Origin: a virus
Lineage: Duplodnaviria; Caudoviricetes
IMG/VR virus record: IMGVR_UViG_2602041664_000001
Location: 1-64,000 of that record
Strand: one strand, 5' to 3'
DNA length: 64,000 nt
Notes under the pieces: model-generated
The model's database searches: none
The model's input: only the letters and a program-made list of their open reading frames with translations
Told to the model about the DNA's origin: nothing
Translations under genes and position numbers: made by a program
Shown here: piece after piece, positions 1 to 10,151 of the stretch
Layout of the letters: each line of letters begins with the position of its first letter
Numbering within the stretch: the stretch's first letter is position 1

Positions 1-60
1 TTTTCTAAAACAACGCAACTATTTTCTAAATCATAGCAACTGTTTTCTAAAACAAGGCTA
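1..60. repeat. Iteron-like 21-bp direct repeats upstream of rep (truncated by window edge)
   Basis: TTTTCTAAA at 1, 22 and 43 with GCAACT in the spacers; lies immediately 5' of the initiator gene. Confidence 0.6.
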
Positions 61-88
61 TTAAATAAGTATTCCAAAGATACATAAT

Positions 89-1591
89 ATGGGATATAAA
101 CGTATTAATAAAGATAAGCGACTTTCTTTATTGGAAAGTTCTAACGTTATCTTTGCTGACCTTCGGGAATCAAAGTGGCTTTACAACCCTCTTGTCTATT
201 CACAGATTAGTGGAGATTTTACGTTGATGCAGCAGCGTATCTTGTTGGGTATTGTTGAGAAACTACAGCAACGTATTATTGATAGTGTTGCTGAGAAGGA
301 AAAGAATAGAACTTTCCCAGACATCTTCGATTATTCTTCTTTGATGCAAAGAGACACACTTGACTTTACACTTTCGGCTGTTGATTTGGGTGTTGGTCGT
401 GATCATTACGATGATTTGGAAGACGCTGCAAAGGTTCTTAGTTCCATTACTATGAAATATCCTGTATTCGATGGTCGTGGACGTATTAGTAAGTATGTAG
501 TTGCTTCTCTGTTTCCTCGAATAGAATTGCCTAAGAGCGAGAACGAAATACGCCGCACGGGTATGTTACGTATCGTTATGCTTACAGAGAATATCCGTGA
601 GATATTCACTATGCAGTATGGTTACGTGATGCACCTCTCACATATTGCACGGATATGTAATAAAAAGCGTACCCCCCGCCTTTATATCTACCTAAGTCGT
701 TATCGCGATATTGGTCATAAGAAAGTTCCTTATACCGACCTTCTTGAATTTCTGGGGCTTACAGATGAGTATTTCAGGCAAACGAACGAAGGGAAGAACC
801 CTTATAACAATTGGAGTAACGTCCGTATCATGGTTCTTGACCCTGTAAAGAAAGAAATGGATAAACTGATGGAACGTGGTGAGATTGATTTCTCTTTTGA
901 GTATTCACCAGTCTATCCGGCAGGTAAGAAGCGTGGAGCACCATATGAAGTTGAGTTTGTTATCAAGAAAGGTCAGCTTGCTCTCTTGCGTGATGCGAAC
1001 AATCACAGAGCTTCGTCTGAGATAAAGTTTATTGATAGTTATGTGGCATGGTGTCCAGAGCTCTCTGCTTTTGCTTTGCGTATGCTTATGTCAGACATGG
1101 ACGATGATCAGCTTCAATCCTTCCTTGAATTTGCTTATAAGGATATGCGACGTATCGTCGAGCGTAAGCAGCCTGACGATGTAGCGGCTTATGTAATGGG
1201 CGTTTTGCGTAAGTGGAAGCGAGACTATCAGACGAGAAAAGAACAGCGTCAGACTGATTTATTCGGTTCAGCAATCGTTCCCTCTGTTGTAAAGGACGAG
1301 CAACCTGCTTTTGTACCTGGTGCGTTGTCTACAGAGTGGCAAGACGTTTTAACGGCATACGGTGAAGGTCTTTTTGCTTCATTGCTCCATAGCGCAAAGC
1401 ATATTGGTTCTTATCTTGGCAATATCAATGTCGAGTTTGTAACGAAGGAAGAACGTGATACTTACCTTTCACTTTGTAATGACAAGAAAAATCAGACTGA
1501 ATATAAACGTCTGATTTCTATTATAAAGAAGGCTATTGGTAGAAAAGATAGTGGTGTCTGTCTGATTACTTCTGTGTTAAAAAAAAGATAA
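89..1591 (+). CDS. Plasmid-type replication initiator (Rep_3/RepB winged-helix family)
   Basis: 500 aa; N-terminal FTLMQQRILL, RLYIYLSRY and VLDPVKKEM..L resemble Rep_3 initiators; upstream iterons. Confidence 0.7.
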   Translation: MGYKRINKDKRLSLLESSNVIFADLRESKWLYNPLVYSQISGDFTLMQQRILLGIVEKLQQRIIDSVAEKEKNRTFPDIFDYSSLMQRDTLDFTLSAVDLGVGRDHYDDLEDAAKVLSSITMKYPVFDGRGRISKYVVASLFPRIELPKSENEIRRTGMLRIVMLTENIREIFTMQYGYVMHLSHIARICNKKRTPRLYIYLSRYRDIGHKKVPYTDLLEFLGLTDEYFRQTNEGKNPYNNWSNVRIMVLDPVKKEMDKLMERGEIDFSFEYSPVYPAGKKRGAPYEVEFVIKKGQLALLRDANNHRASSEIKFIDSYVAWCPELSAFALRMLMSDMDDDQLQSFLEFAYKDMRRIVERKQPDDVAAYVMGVLRKWKRDYQTRKEQRQTDLFGSAIVPSVVKDEQPAFVPGALSTEWQDVLTAYGEGLFASLLHSAKHIGSYLGNINVEFVTKEERDTYLSLCNDKKNQTEYKRLISIIKKAIGRKDSGVCLITSVLKKR

Positions 1592-1636
1592 AGGATTTTC
1601 AACACTCTCTTTGAATCTTATAGTTCTTTAAAAACT

Positions 1637-1694
1637 AAGGTATATACTTTGCGAACGTAAAGTATATACTTTAGCACTATAAAGTATATAGTTT
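1637..1694. repeat. Palindrome array A1: 3 x AA(A/G)GTATATA(C/G)TTT, 22-bp period
   Basis: Units at 1637, 1659, 1681. Confidence 0.9.
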
Positions 1695-1742
1695 ACGTTT
1701 TGAGGTAAATTTACAACAAAATAGAACTTTTGCAGGATATCC

Positions 1743-2033
1743 TTAATTTTCTCTTAGACAAACGAAATAAGCTGGTTCTCCTGATAGGCTTACTTTCATT
1801 ATAAATCCGTTCTCCCTTAGTATGCTTGTGTAAATCGACAATGGGTCGCCTAATGTACAAGGCCATGCTTTGAAGAACTGGCGTAATTTAGCATCTGTAT
1901 AGACTTCGTCGCAAGTGCTTTCGTCTTTAGCTGGTTTGTAGTGTTGAATGAAAGCATTAATTTTGTCTGGGATAACGTAATCTTCAAGTGAAACACCGCT
2001 ACTTTTCTCTTCTTCGTTATTGTCTTTTTTCAT
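1743..2033 (-). CDS. Hypothetical protein
   Basis: 96-aa ORF with upstream TAnnTTTG box on the minus strand (2065-2072). Confidence 0.6.
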   Translation of the reverse strand: MKKDNNEEEKSSGVSLEDYVIPDKINAFIQHYKPAKDESTCDEVYTDAKLRQFFKAWPCTLGDPLSIYTSILRENGFIMKVSLSGEPAYFVCLREN

Positions 2034-2141
2034 ATTATTGAATGTTTTGTTTAATTAATTAAAGCAAAGGTATAATTTTTAATCAATATGTTTTGTAAAA
2101 TTAATGTTTTTATTTAACTTTGTCGACAAAATAATAAGATA

Positions 2142-3077
2142 ATGAAGTATTACTACAAACTACCTGCGCTTTCTGAAACGGGAAAGCGACTTCGGAAGTT
2201 TAATTCGCAGGCTATCCTTGCTCTTCGTCGAGCAGATGCTTATGCAAAGCGAATGGGGGCTGTGGCTTACCATTCTTCTAACGATGCGTTTGCTGGTGGT
2301 GTAGCTTTTCTTATCTTTGAGAAGGAACCTAATCCTGCGGTGTTTCGTGTAGCAACCAAGATTGATGACGAGTTATGCTATGAGCCTAATGTAAAACTGG
2401 ACTCGGGTGTGGTCGTTGTCAAAAAGAACGAGTTGCCGAAAGATGATCCAGATTGTTTGTATGACCGTTCTAAATTGTTGTCTTGGGCAGATGTTCGTGA
2501 TAGATATTCTTTGGCTACTTGGGCACAGACAGCTAACATTACTGATGCTGATAAGATGACGGAGGATGCGCTTCGAGAAGAAATAACAAAGCGAATGAAG
2601 GACCGTAATTTTATTTCTTATCTTCGCATCTCAGATATGCCTGCGCCTGACTTAGTTCAATCTCGTCAACTGCGAAAGGATAGTCGGGTGCATCTTCGTG
2701 CGGTTCGCCCTTCCGTAAAGGTCGCCTCTCGTGCTGTTACCGCTGAGCGTCAGCGTATGGCTCTGCCTATTATGAGTATTTCTTCGCTGCTTGACATCCT
2801 GACAGGCGGTAATACTACTGTGGCAGCAGAGTGTGGTACTACGCCCATCTTTTTTGAATGGCAACGAAATTGGTATATCGGTGTTGACGTTCCTTGCGAT
2901 GATAATAAGGATATGCAGCTGATAGAAAGTTCGGCTTTTACGTTCATGCTGAATACAAAGAAACAAACGCTTGCTCGTGAAGCAGCCGATTTTGATGAGT
3001 ATTGCAAGGAGGAAAAAGCTGAACGGGAACGTTTGATAGCTGAGAAAAAGGAAATTGATAGATTAAAAGGTAAGTGA
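2142..3077 (+). CDS. Hypothetical protein
   Basis: 311-aa ORF preceded by TAACTTTG at 2115-2122. Confidence 0.75.
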   Translation: MKYYYKLPALSETGKRLRKFNSQAILALRRADAYAKRMGAVAYHSSNDAFAGGVAFLIFEKEPNPAVFRVATKIDDELCYEPNVKLDSGVVVVKKNELPKDDPDCLYDRSKLLSWADVRDRYSLATWAQTANITDADKMTEDALREEITKRMKDRNFISYLRISDMPAPDLVQSRQLRKDSRVHLRAVRPSVKVASRAVTAERQRMALPIMSISSLLDILTGGNTTVAAECGTTPIFFEWQRNWYIGVDVPCDDNKDMQLIESSAFTFMLNTKKQTLAREAADFDEYCKEEKAERERLIAEKKEIDRLKGK

Positions 3078-3129
3078 TAAGGCGAATTTTCAGTTCTTTC
3101 TATATTAAGTGTGAATATACTTAGAATTT

Positions 3130-3161
3130 AATCGCAACTGTCTGTGAAGATGGTTGCGATT
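3130..3161. terminator. Hairpin terminator between convergent genes
   Basis: AATCGCAACTGTCT-GTGA-AGATGGTTGCGATT followed by T-rich sequence. Confidence 0.7.
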
Positions 3162-3172
3162 TCGTTTTCTTT

Positions 3173-3697
3173 TTACCATAGATTAATGGTTGCGTCTGTG
3201 AAGGTGTCAAGTATTGACACTTGTCCTTCATATCCATAGAAGTCTACGAGATAGTCCCTAATTCGCTCTTGTAGGTGGCGATACTCCATCATGATTGCTG
3301 GACGGTGCGTTTGTCCGCCTGTTGGGTCCCATATAGCGATATATCTGTTGCGAAATCGTGCATTCTTACTCCTCTCCACATTCTCAGCCTTTCGCTTCCC
3401 ACCGACACCAATATCTACATATCGCATATAGTCGTTGTAATTGAATACCAGTGTAACATTTCCTGCTTGGTCTGCTCTTACTAATCTTGACTGAAACGAC
3501 CTTGAACCGTCACCTGTAGAGTGGGGTAGACCGTCTCGTTTGTTTGCTTCATTCTTAATTTTGTAGCCTGGATAGATTTCGGTAGGCCAAACCTTCTGTG
3601 TGATAAGGTTGGCTTTAATTTGCATGTTTGTTTGCTCCATAAAGCGTCTTACGACTTTATTGAGCGGGAATATCGGATTTGAAATTGGCTGTGGCAT
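3173..3697 (-). CDS. Putative virion morphogenesis/neck-tail completion protein
   Basis: 174 aa; YMRYVDIGVG resembles phage neck-protein motifs; divergent from tape measure and under the same promoter class. Confidence 0.4.
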   Translation of the reverse strand: MPQPISNPIFPLNKVVRRFMEQTNMQIKANLITQKVWPTEIYPGYKIKNEANKRDGLPHSTGDGSRSFQSRLVRADQAGNVTLVFNYNDYMRYVDIGVGGKRKAENVERSKNARFRNRYIAIWDPTGGQTHRPAIMMEYRHLQERIRDYLVDFYGYEGQVSILDTFTDATINLW

Positions 3698-3720
3698 AAT
3701 GTCGTTTTAATGTTATAACG

Positions 3721-3755
3721 CAAAAATACTGAATGTTTTTCTTTATCATGGGACA
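3721..3755 (-). promoter_or_regulatory. TGTCC-N22-TAnnTTTG promoter
   Basis: Reverse complement reads TGTCC-22 nt-TATTTTTG, upstream of 3173..3697. Confidence 0.75.
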
Positions 3756-3761
3756 TCCTTT

Positions 3762-3796
3762 TGTCCCACCTTCTTTTCTAAAGATGTTTACTTTTG
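3762..3796 (+). promoter_or_regulatory. TGTCC-N22-TAnnTTTG promoter
   Basis: TGTCC-22 nt-TACTTTTG upstream of tape measure. Confidence 0.75.
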
Positions 3797-3823
3797 TTTA
3801 GAAATCATAGTTAACGTGTAGAT

Positions 3824-6800
3824 ATGGCAAGTACGAAACAAGCACAAGTAGTAATTACAGCGAATGCTACCACCGCAAAAAAAGTGATGGACGAGCTAAA
3901 AAACAAGGCTAAGCAGTGTTACAATCAAATGCAGCAGTTAGCACAGACTGGTCAACAAAATTCTAAAGCTTTTAAAATGGCTGAAAAGGATTTTAATGCC
4001 TATAATAATGCTATTGCGCATAATATTTCTGCAACAAAACGTGTTGACGAGGTTATGAAGAACCTTGCTGGTACTTCTACGCGTGATTTAAAACGAGCTC
4101 TCGGTGCCGCTAAGCGTGAATTGAATGAGATGGCGGGTAATAATCCGAAACTCAAACAGATGCAGAAGAACATAGCTGCTATAAAAAATCAGATAGACAA
4201 GAATAACGGTTCTGTACGAACGCATAATAGTCTGTGGAAGAATGCTGTTAAAAACATAACGGCTTATATTGGTGTTTTTGGTGCGTTTAATTTAATTCGC
4301 TCAAAGTTACAAGGTGTTATTAGTGATAACTTAAAGTTCTCTGACCAGTTGAATGATATTCGTAAGGTTAGTGGCTTGACTACGGCGGAGGTAAATAAGT
4401 TAGCTGTAAATCTTTCTAAACTTGATACGCGCTCTACGATTCAGTCTTTGGCGCAGGATGCCTATGTGGGTAGTAAACTTGGTATGGGTAAGTATGGTGT
4501 TGAAGGTTTGGAAAATTTCGTAAAGGCTGCCAATCAGGTGAAGGTTGCTTTGTCTGAAGATATGGGCCCAGAGTCTTTGACTGCTCTTGCTAAGATGACT
4601 GAAACGATGGGACTTATTCCTAAGTTTGGTGTAGAAAAGTCAATGTTAAAGATTGGTTCTGCTCTTTTCAAGTTGTCATCAACGACCACATCATCTTCTA
4701 ATAATATCGTTGAGTTTTCTAAGCGTCTTGTTGGTACGGCTCGCGTTGCGGGTATTACAACCGATCAATTGCTTGCTTTGGGTTCAGCTTCTGATTCTAT
4801 GCAGCTGATGCCTGAGGTGGCTTCAACAGCCTTTACAAAGTTGTTTGTTGCTTTACAGAAGAATCACAACCTAATAGAAAAGGTCTTGAATATCGAACCA
4901 GGTACTATCAATAGACTGTTCACAGCTGGACGCACTATGGATGCGGTAGTTCTTATTCTTGAGAAGATGAAAGCTAAGGGCAATATGAATGCCTTGCAAG
5001 ATACCTTTGAAAAGATTGGTGGTAACGGCTCTCGTCTTGGTAATGTTATGGTTACTATGGCGAAGAATGTAGATATGCTGAAAGAGCATCTTGAAACAGC
5101 TAAGGTGGCTTTTCGAGAAGGTACCGCGGCAACTCAAGAATATGAAATGCAGCAGGAGAGTGCGCAAGCTATTCTTGAAAGAGCTAATAATATGTGGGAG
5201 AAATCATTTGTTAATCCTAAAGGTGTCAGTGCTGTTAAGGACATGGCGCAAGCATGGTATGATTTCTCTAAATCATTGACAGAGTCGTCTATCGTTACTC
5301 ATAACATCAGTTTCTTTTTAACGATGCTGGCGGGTACTGTAAAGACTATTTTAACTTTACTCCCTGCTCTTGTTACTTTCTTTTTATTTAAAGGTGTCTC
5401 TTTTGCCGTCTTAACGATTGTTGAAAGCTTTAGATCTATGAAGGATGCAATAATGGCATCTGCTATAGCCCAGCGTTTCCGTGCTGCCGCAGATAGAGAG
5501 GAAGCTGTAGCGGCTACAGAAGCAAAGATTGCGCAGGAAGGATTGAACAAAGCTTTATATTCTAATGTCTTTGGACTTGTGGTAGCAGCTATAGTTTCAC
5601 TTATTTATTACATCGTTGAATTTACAAGTAAGACAAAAGATGCAACTACAGCTATGAGCGAGTTGGATAAACAGGTAAAGAATACTGTTTCGTCTTTCAC
5701 TGTTGAAAAGGCCACGTTGGATGCTCTGAAAGATAAAATCGACAAGGCTAATATAGGTACAAAAGCACGTGCTGATTTAATTAAAGAGTTTAACTCTAAA
5801 TATGGCACGTACTTAGGTCACATGCTTACCGAAAAATCTACGGCAGAGGATCTTGCTAAGGCTTATAAAAAAGTTGTCGACCAACTTAAGGAGAAAGCTG
5901 TACAGGAGGGTATTGATAAATATCGTAAGAGTCATTATGATCCGTATGCACAATACGAGGTTAACCATTTGATTAATTATGACACTTTTGCTAAAGATAA
6001 CAAATTAAAGACACGCGGTGCTGATTTGCGTCATATAGTAGAGGATGCGGGGAGAAAGGGAGTATCACTTCATTCATTGGCGATGTCTTTGGGCAAACGT
6101 TTTGGTTTAGATTCTTCTGCTGTTGAAGATTTGTATCGTTTTCGCTCTGGTGCGTCAACGATGTCTTTTGATTCTTATGGTAGAGGTCAAGCGATTATTT
6201 CTGGTGAATATTATGCTTTCTTGCAATATAAAAAACGAGGTGAACAGTTTCTTAAAGCTATGAAATATGCTACACAAGCATATAGTAACAAAGGGCGTTC
6301 TAAGGATGTAGCCAATGTTGAGTCTGTTTTGCGCGATAAAATAAATGTTGCTACGGATGACACTCCCGATAACAATGGTAGCTTAGATTTGGAAGCTCCT
6401 GATAAAGCTGCCATCCTTGCAGCAAGAAAAGCTGCACGGGAGGCTAATGCACGGAGAAAAAAGGAAGAGCGTGAAGCTCGTCAGGCTAAACGTTATGAAC
6501 TAAAAGATGCTCAGGAAGATGTTAAGGCTATTATTGATAATGTAAAGAATTATTACGACCGACAAATAACAGCTTTGTATAAGCTTGCCTCGGCTACTGA
6601 TATGGAAGAAACTTTGCGCGACCAATTAGAGGCTGGTATCAAGGCACGTATGAATATAGCTTTGTCGAATGCACGTAAGAACATCGCTGATGTTAAAAAT
6701 GATTGGAATGCTTTTAAGAAGACGATGGCTTCTGATTTGATAGAGCAGAATGACAAAGACGGATATAATGAGAGTAAAGTGTTGCTTGAACGTATTGGCG

Positions 6801-9175
6801 AGGTGAACATTGGTGTACTCCGTGGACGTATAACGCAGTTGTCAAATGAATTGAAACGTCCTGGCACGTCCTTGTTAGATCAAGTGTGGCACAATGCTTC
6901 TAAGAATGAACAAGCTAATGCTAAGTCGGCTAACAAGGTCGAACAGGCTCGTCGACAAAAAATATTGGAGGACGATTATACAGGTAAGGTTGATAATGAT
7001 TACTTAAATACCTTTGAGCAGTTAAGCTTCTCTCCATTTGATGCTTTGCATAGTCAGGCGGTCTTGAGCGGTGGCGAGAATGCACGAGACGTTATCCGCA
7101 CACGTAATGCCTCTATTCAGTCAATCTTTGAGAACTCACGTGAGAATTTTGATGCGTTACAAATGTTGAACATTGATAGCATGGAGGGACGAAAATCATT
7201 GGTTGACATCTTGTTTGGTACTGAAGATGAACGTTCGGCAGCAGCCGTCGACCTTGGTATTCTTTTTGATACGCTCACTGAAGGTGCAGAGGTTGGCGGC
7301 AAGGCTTCTGAAGGCATTCGTCTTTTCTATGATACGTTGATAAAGTATAATGACGATTATACAGAGGCGTTGAAAAAAGCTGCTGATAGACAAGAAAAAC
7401 TTTTATCTTTCCGTTGGAACCATACAGACGAAAAGGCCGCTTTTGACGCAGAAAATGTTCGATTAAATCAGCAGAAGGAAGGTATTTGGCAGTTTACCTC
7501 TGATGCTGAACGGAGACGAGATGAAGGTGATAATACTACCGAAAATCATGGCGTATATGGTAATTGGGAAGTATTACAGTCGTTTGGTGTTGACCCAGAG
7601 GTTGAGCTCTATAAGGTGAAGATGCAAGCCGCACAGGCTTATTACGAATATCTAAAAGCAGCTCATGCTGATGAAGCAGTACTTGCTTCGGCTGAGAAAC
7701 GAGCACAAGAGGCAAGTATAGAATATACAAAATCGTTGGTTCTACAGATGAAGAACCGTATGGATGAACTTTATGGTTTGTTTGCACCTATAGAATCTTT
7801 TGGTACCGAGTTAGGAGAGGCTTTGGTGTCTTCTGAAAAGACCGTTAAACAGGCTGTTGGTGGTATGATAAATAGTTTCTTAAAGTTGACTGTAAATATG
7901 ATGCAAGAGACTATCAAGCGTCGTATGTTTCAGTTGATAAATGATCGTCTTGTTAGTACACAGATGGCTGCTTCTGCGAGGGAACAGGAAACTATTGAAA
8001 TGTCTAAGCAGGAGAAATTTTCCGCTATAGATAAAGGAGGTCAGAAGGTTCGTAAGATGTCTTTCAAAGAGTTTTCTCTGCAAATCTTTGGATTAAAGAA
8101 AAAGAACAAGAAAAAAGAAGTGTCTATTGAGACGGATGGAATTAAGGATGAGCGTAAAGTGCAAAAGAAAGGCGTTAAATCTTTATTGAAATCCATTAAG
8201 AGTAACTTCGCTTCTTTATTCCGTACAAAGAAGAAACAGAAAAAGCAAGAAAAGAAACTTGAAGAAAAGAGCGGTAAAGAAACGCTTGAGGTTAGTAAAG
8301 AGGCTGAGACTGCAAAGCAAACCTTAACAGAGGCTTCTGGGCAGACGATACAACAGTCGTTGGATAAGACGGCACAGACGGCTATTCAGACTCAACAGAC
8401 GCAGGCTGCTGAAAGCGTACAAGCTAAGTCGGGAGAAACTCAAGCGAAAACAGCCATGGGTATAACCAGTGGTGCTGCTGATATTATTGGTAAGCTTGGT
8501 TGGTGGGGTATCCCTCTTGTTGCTGTTATTACAGCATTGCTGAATGGATTGCTTTCAGCTGCTATGGGTAAAGTCTCTTCATTGTTTGGTGGTGGTAGCA
8601 AGTCTTCTGATGCTTCAACGAATACTAAACTTGTTAGTGGTATGTTGACTTATGATGCTGGTAACGTTCAAGCCTTTCGTGGTGTCAATGATGGTAAGAC
8701 TTATCCTGTAGTGGGTGATGACGGACAAGTGTATGCTGCTACAGAAGCAGGTGAGCTATCAACTGAATTGATTAAAGACCCTATTACCACGCTTATTAAT
8801 GGTCAGCCGGCATTGGTTGCGGAGCGTGGTCCAGAAATGGTTATCGGACGTGAAACTACGGCAGCATTGATGATGGCTCGTCCTGACTTGATTTCAGAGA
8901 TTGTCCGCTTTGATAAGAATCGAAGCGGTATGAGCTATAGGGCTTATGATAGTGGCAATGTTGCACAGTTCACTGTTGCTGATTCGGTGAGTTGGCAAGG
9001 ACAAATTCTGGAGTTAGGAGCAACAATAGCACAGCTTTCCTCTGTTCTGTCTGAGCTTCAGAAGAACGGTGTCAAGGCACATGTGAATAAATTTGGACGT
9101 GGCGGTTTAACTGATGCAGCTGCTGATGGTCGTCAGTTTATGTCACGTTACTCAAAGAATGGTCGATACGAATAA
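3824..9175 (+). CDS. Phage tail tape measure protein (TP901-like core)
   Basis: 1783 aa, Ala/Lys-rich and helical; FSDQLNDIRKVSGL...DTRS and EVASTAF motifs; hydrophobic segments; C-terminal AERGPEMVI. Confidence 0.9.
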   Translation: MASTKQAQVVITANATTAKKVMDELKNKAKQCYNQMQQLAQTGQQNSKAFKMAEKDFNAYNNAIAHNISATKRVDEVMKNLAGTSTRDLKRALGAAKRELNEMAGNNPKLKQMQKNIAAIKNQIDKNNGSVRTHNSLWKNAVKNITAYIGVFGAFNLIRSKLQGVISDNLKFSDQLNDIRKVSGLTTAEVNKLAVNLSKLDTRSTIQSLAQDAYVGSKLGMGKYGVEGLENFVKAANQVKVALSEDMGPESLTALAKMTETMGLIPKFGVEKSMLKIGSALFKLSSTTTSSSNNIVEFSKRLVGTARVAGITTDQLLALGSASDSMQLMPEVASTAFTKLFVALQKNHNLIEKVLNIEPGTINRLFTAGRTMDAVVLILEKMKAKGNMNALQDTFEKIGGNGSRLGNVMVTMAKNVDMLKEHLETAKVAFREGTAATQEYEMQQESAQAILERANNMWEKSFVNPKGVSAVKDMAQAWYDFSKSLTESSIVTHNISFFLTMLAGTVKTILTLLPALVTFFLFKGVSFAVLTIVESFRSMKDAIMASAIAQRFRAAADREEAVAATEAKIAQEGLNKALYSNVFGLVVAAIVSLIYYIVEFTSKTKDATTAMSELDKQVKNTVSSFTVEKATLDALKDKIDKANIGTKARADLIKEFNSKYGTYLGHMLTEKSTAEDLAKAYKKVVDQLKEKAVQEGIDKYRKSHYDPYAQYEVNHLINYDTFAKDNKLKTRGADLRHIVEDAGRKGVSLHSLAMSLGKRFGLDSSAVEDLYRFRSGASTMSFDSYGRGQAIISGEYYAFLQYKKRGEQFLKAMKYATQAYSNKGRSKDVANVESVLRDKINVATDDTPDNNGSLDLEAPDKAAILAARKAAREANARRKKEEREARQAKRYELKDAQEDVKAIIDNVKNYYDRQITALYKLASATDMEETLRDQLEAGIKARMNIALSNARKNIADVKNDWNAFKKTMASDLIEQNDKDGYNESKVLLERIGEVNIGVLRGRITQLSNELKRPGTSLLDQVWHNASKNEQANAKSANKVEQARRQKILEDDYTGKVDNDYLNTFEQLSFSPFDALHSQAVLSGGENARDVIRTRNASIQSIFENSRENFDALQMLNIDSMEGRKSLVDILFGTEDERSAAAVDLGILFDTLTEGAEVGGKASEGIRLFYDTLIKYNDDYTEALKKAADRQEKLLSFRWNHTDEKAAFDAENVRLNQQKEGIWQFTSDAERRRDEGDNTTENHGVYGNWEVLQSFGVDPEVELYKVKMQAAQAYYEYLKAAHADEAVLASAEKRAQEASIEYTKSLVLQMKNRMDELYGLFAPIESFGTELGEALVSSEKTVKQAVGGMINSFLKLTVNMMQETIKRRMFQLINDRLVSTQMAASAREQETIEMSKQEKFSAIDKGGQKVRKMSFKEFSLQIFGLKKKNKKKEVSIETDGIKDERKVQKKGVKSLLKSIKSNFASLFRTKKKQKKQEKKLEEKSGKETLEVSKEAETAKQTLTEASGQTIQQSLDKTAQTAIQTQQTQAAESVQAKSGETQAKTAMGITSGAADIIGKLGWWGIPLVAVITALLNGLLSAAMGKVSSLFGGGSKSSDASTNTKLVSGMLTYDAGNVQAFRGVNDGKTYPVVGDDGQVYAATEAGELSTELIKDPITTLINGQPALVAERGPEMVIGRETTAALMMARPDLISEIVRFDKNRSGMSYRAYDSGNVAQFTVADSVSWQGQILELGATIAQLSSVLSELQKNGVKAHVNKFGRGGLTDAAADGRQFMSRYSKNGRYE

Positions 9176-9223
9176 AAAGAACTCTTGTTTACTACATAAT
9201 ATTTATTTTGTTTATGTGAATCG

Positions 9224-9261
9224 CCTCCGTAGTCCGTGATGGATAACGGAGGTTTTTATTT
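9224..9261 (+). terminator. Rho-independent terminator
   Basis: CCTCCGT...TCC-GTGAT-GGA...ACGGAGG followed by a T tract. Confidence 0.75.
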
Positions 9262-9310
9262 GTAAGTCGTCACTTGTATTATAAAGGTGCTATTTGAGGT
9301 CTTATAAAAC

Positions 9311-9964
9311 TTAAATAAGAGAAATTTTTTCAGTTAGTCGTTCTATAATATCCATTAAACGTTTTTTTTCTGCATCAAACCGTGTCTGGCTTTCTTGTCT
9401 AATTCTATTTTCTTCATCCTTATGCTTTCTTTCTATCTCCTTTATTTGGCGTTCGTATAAAAGTTGGATTCTTGTGATTTTACTTTCACTTTCTTGAGAC
9501 GCTTGATGATCTTTCTCGTTGTCTCTTTGAGACTCCAGTATTTCAGGATTCTTCCTTATAAGTTCTGTGTTCGTAGCATTTTCATTTGTGTTATTGATGC
9601 AAACAGTGTCTACAAAAGGAGGTATTATACTCGTTCTTTTTTCTATAATAGTTTCACTTGATATGTTTCCTTTGCTTTTATATTTTTCTGCTCCGGTTTT
9701 TTCCGGCTGTAGACTTGATAGAATAATGTCAGCATTAGGCATTTCTTTTATCTTTTCTTCGTCATAGAAGAAGGCTCCTATTGGGATGCTAAACGTATTA
9801 CATAAACGTAAAATTGCTTCAACGTGCATAGGAATACTTCCTTCCATCCATTTTTTTACACTTCCGTAGTCTTTTGTTCCTAATGCTCGTAAAACATCCT
9901 TTTTTGTCTTTTGATTAACTTCCATCCATTGAAGAAGAAAGTTGTAATTGTAACGGTATTCCAT
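9311..9964 (-). CDS. XRE/CI-like HTH repressor
   Basis: N-terminal HTH-like segment (KKDVLRALG...SVKKWMEG...ILRLCNTFSI); divergent from the early operon. Confidence 0.7.
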   Translation of the reverse strand: MEYRYNYNFLLQWMEVNQKTKKDVLRALGTKDYGSVKKWMEGSIPMHVEAILRLCNTFSIPIGAFFYDEEKIKEMPNADIILSSLQPEKTGAEKYKSKGNISSETIIEKRTSIIPPFVDTVCINNTNENATNTELIRKNPEILESQRDNEKDHQASQESESKITRIQLLYERQIKEIERKHKDEENRIRQESQTRFDAEKKRLMDIIERLTEKISLI

Positions 9965-10151
9965 ATTTTAAATTTTATTGTTAAATATTTGTATGTAAAG
10001 TTTGTTGTTTTATCTTGAAAAATCAATGTTTTACTTTAATCTAATTAGGGAAATAGTTAAATTCACAAATTAAATTGAAGAAAAACATTGTTTGTTTAAA
10101 GAAAACATTTAACTTTGTACCGAAATTTACAAAATATATTATTAAGCATCT
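9965..10151. promoter_or_regulatory. Divergent immunity control region with -7 box and AATGTTTT operator-like motifs
   Basis: TAACTTTG at 10110-10117; AATGTTTT/AAAACATT at about 10025, 10082 and 10102. Confidence 0.55.
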
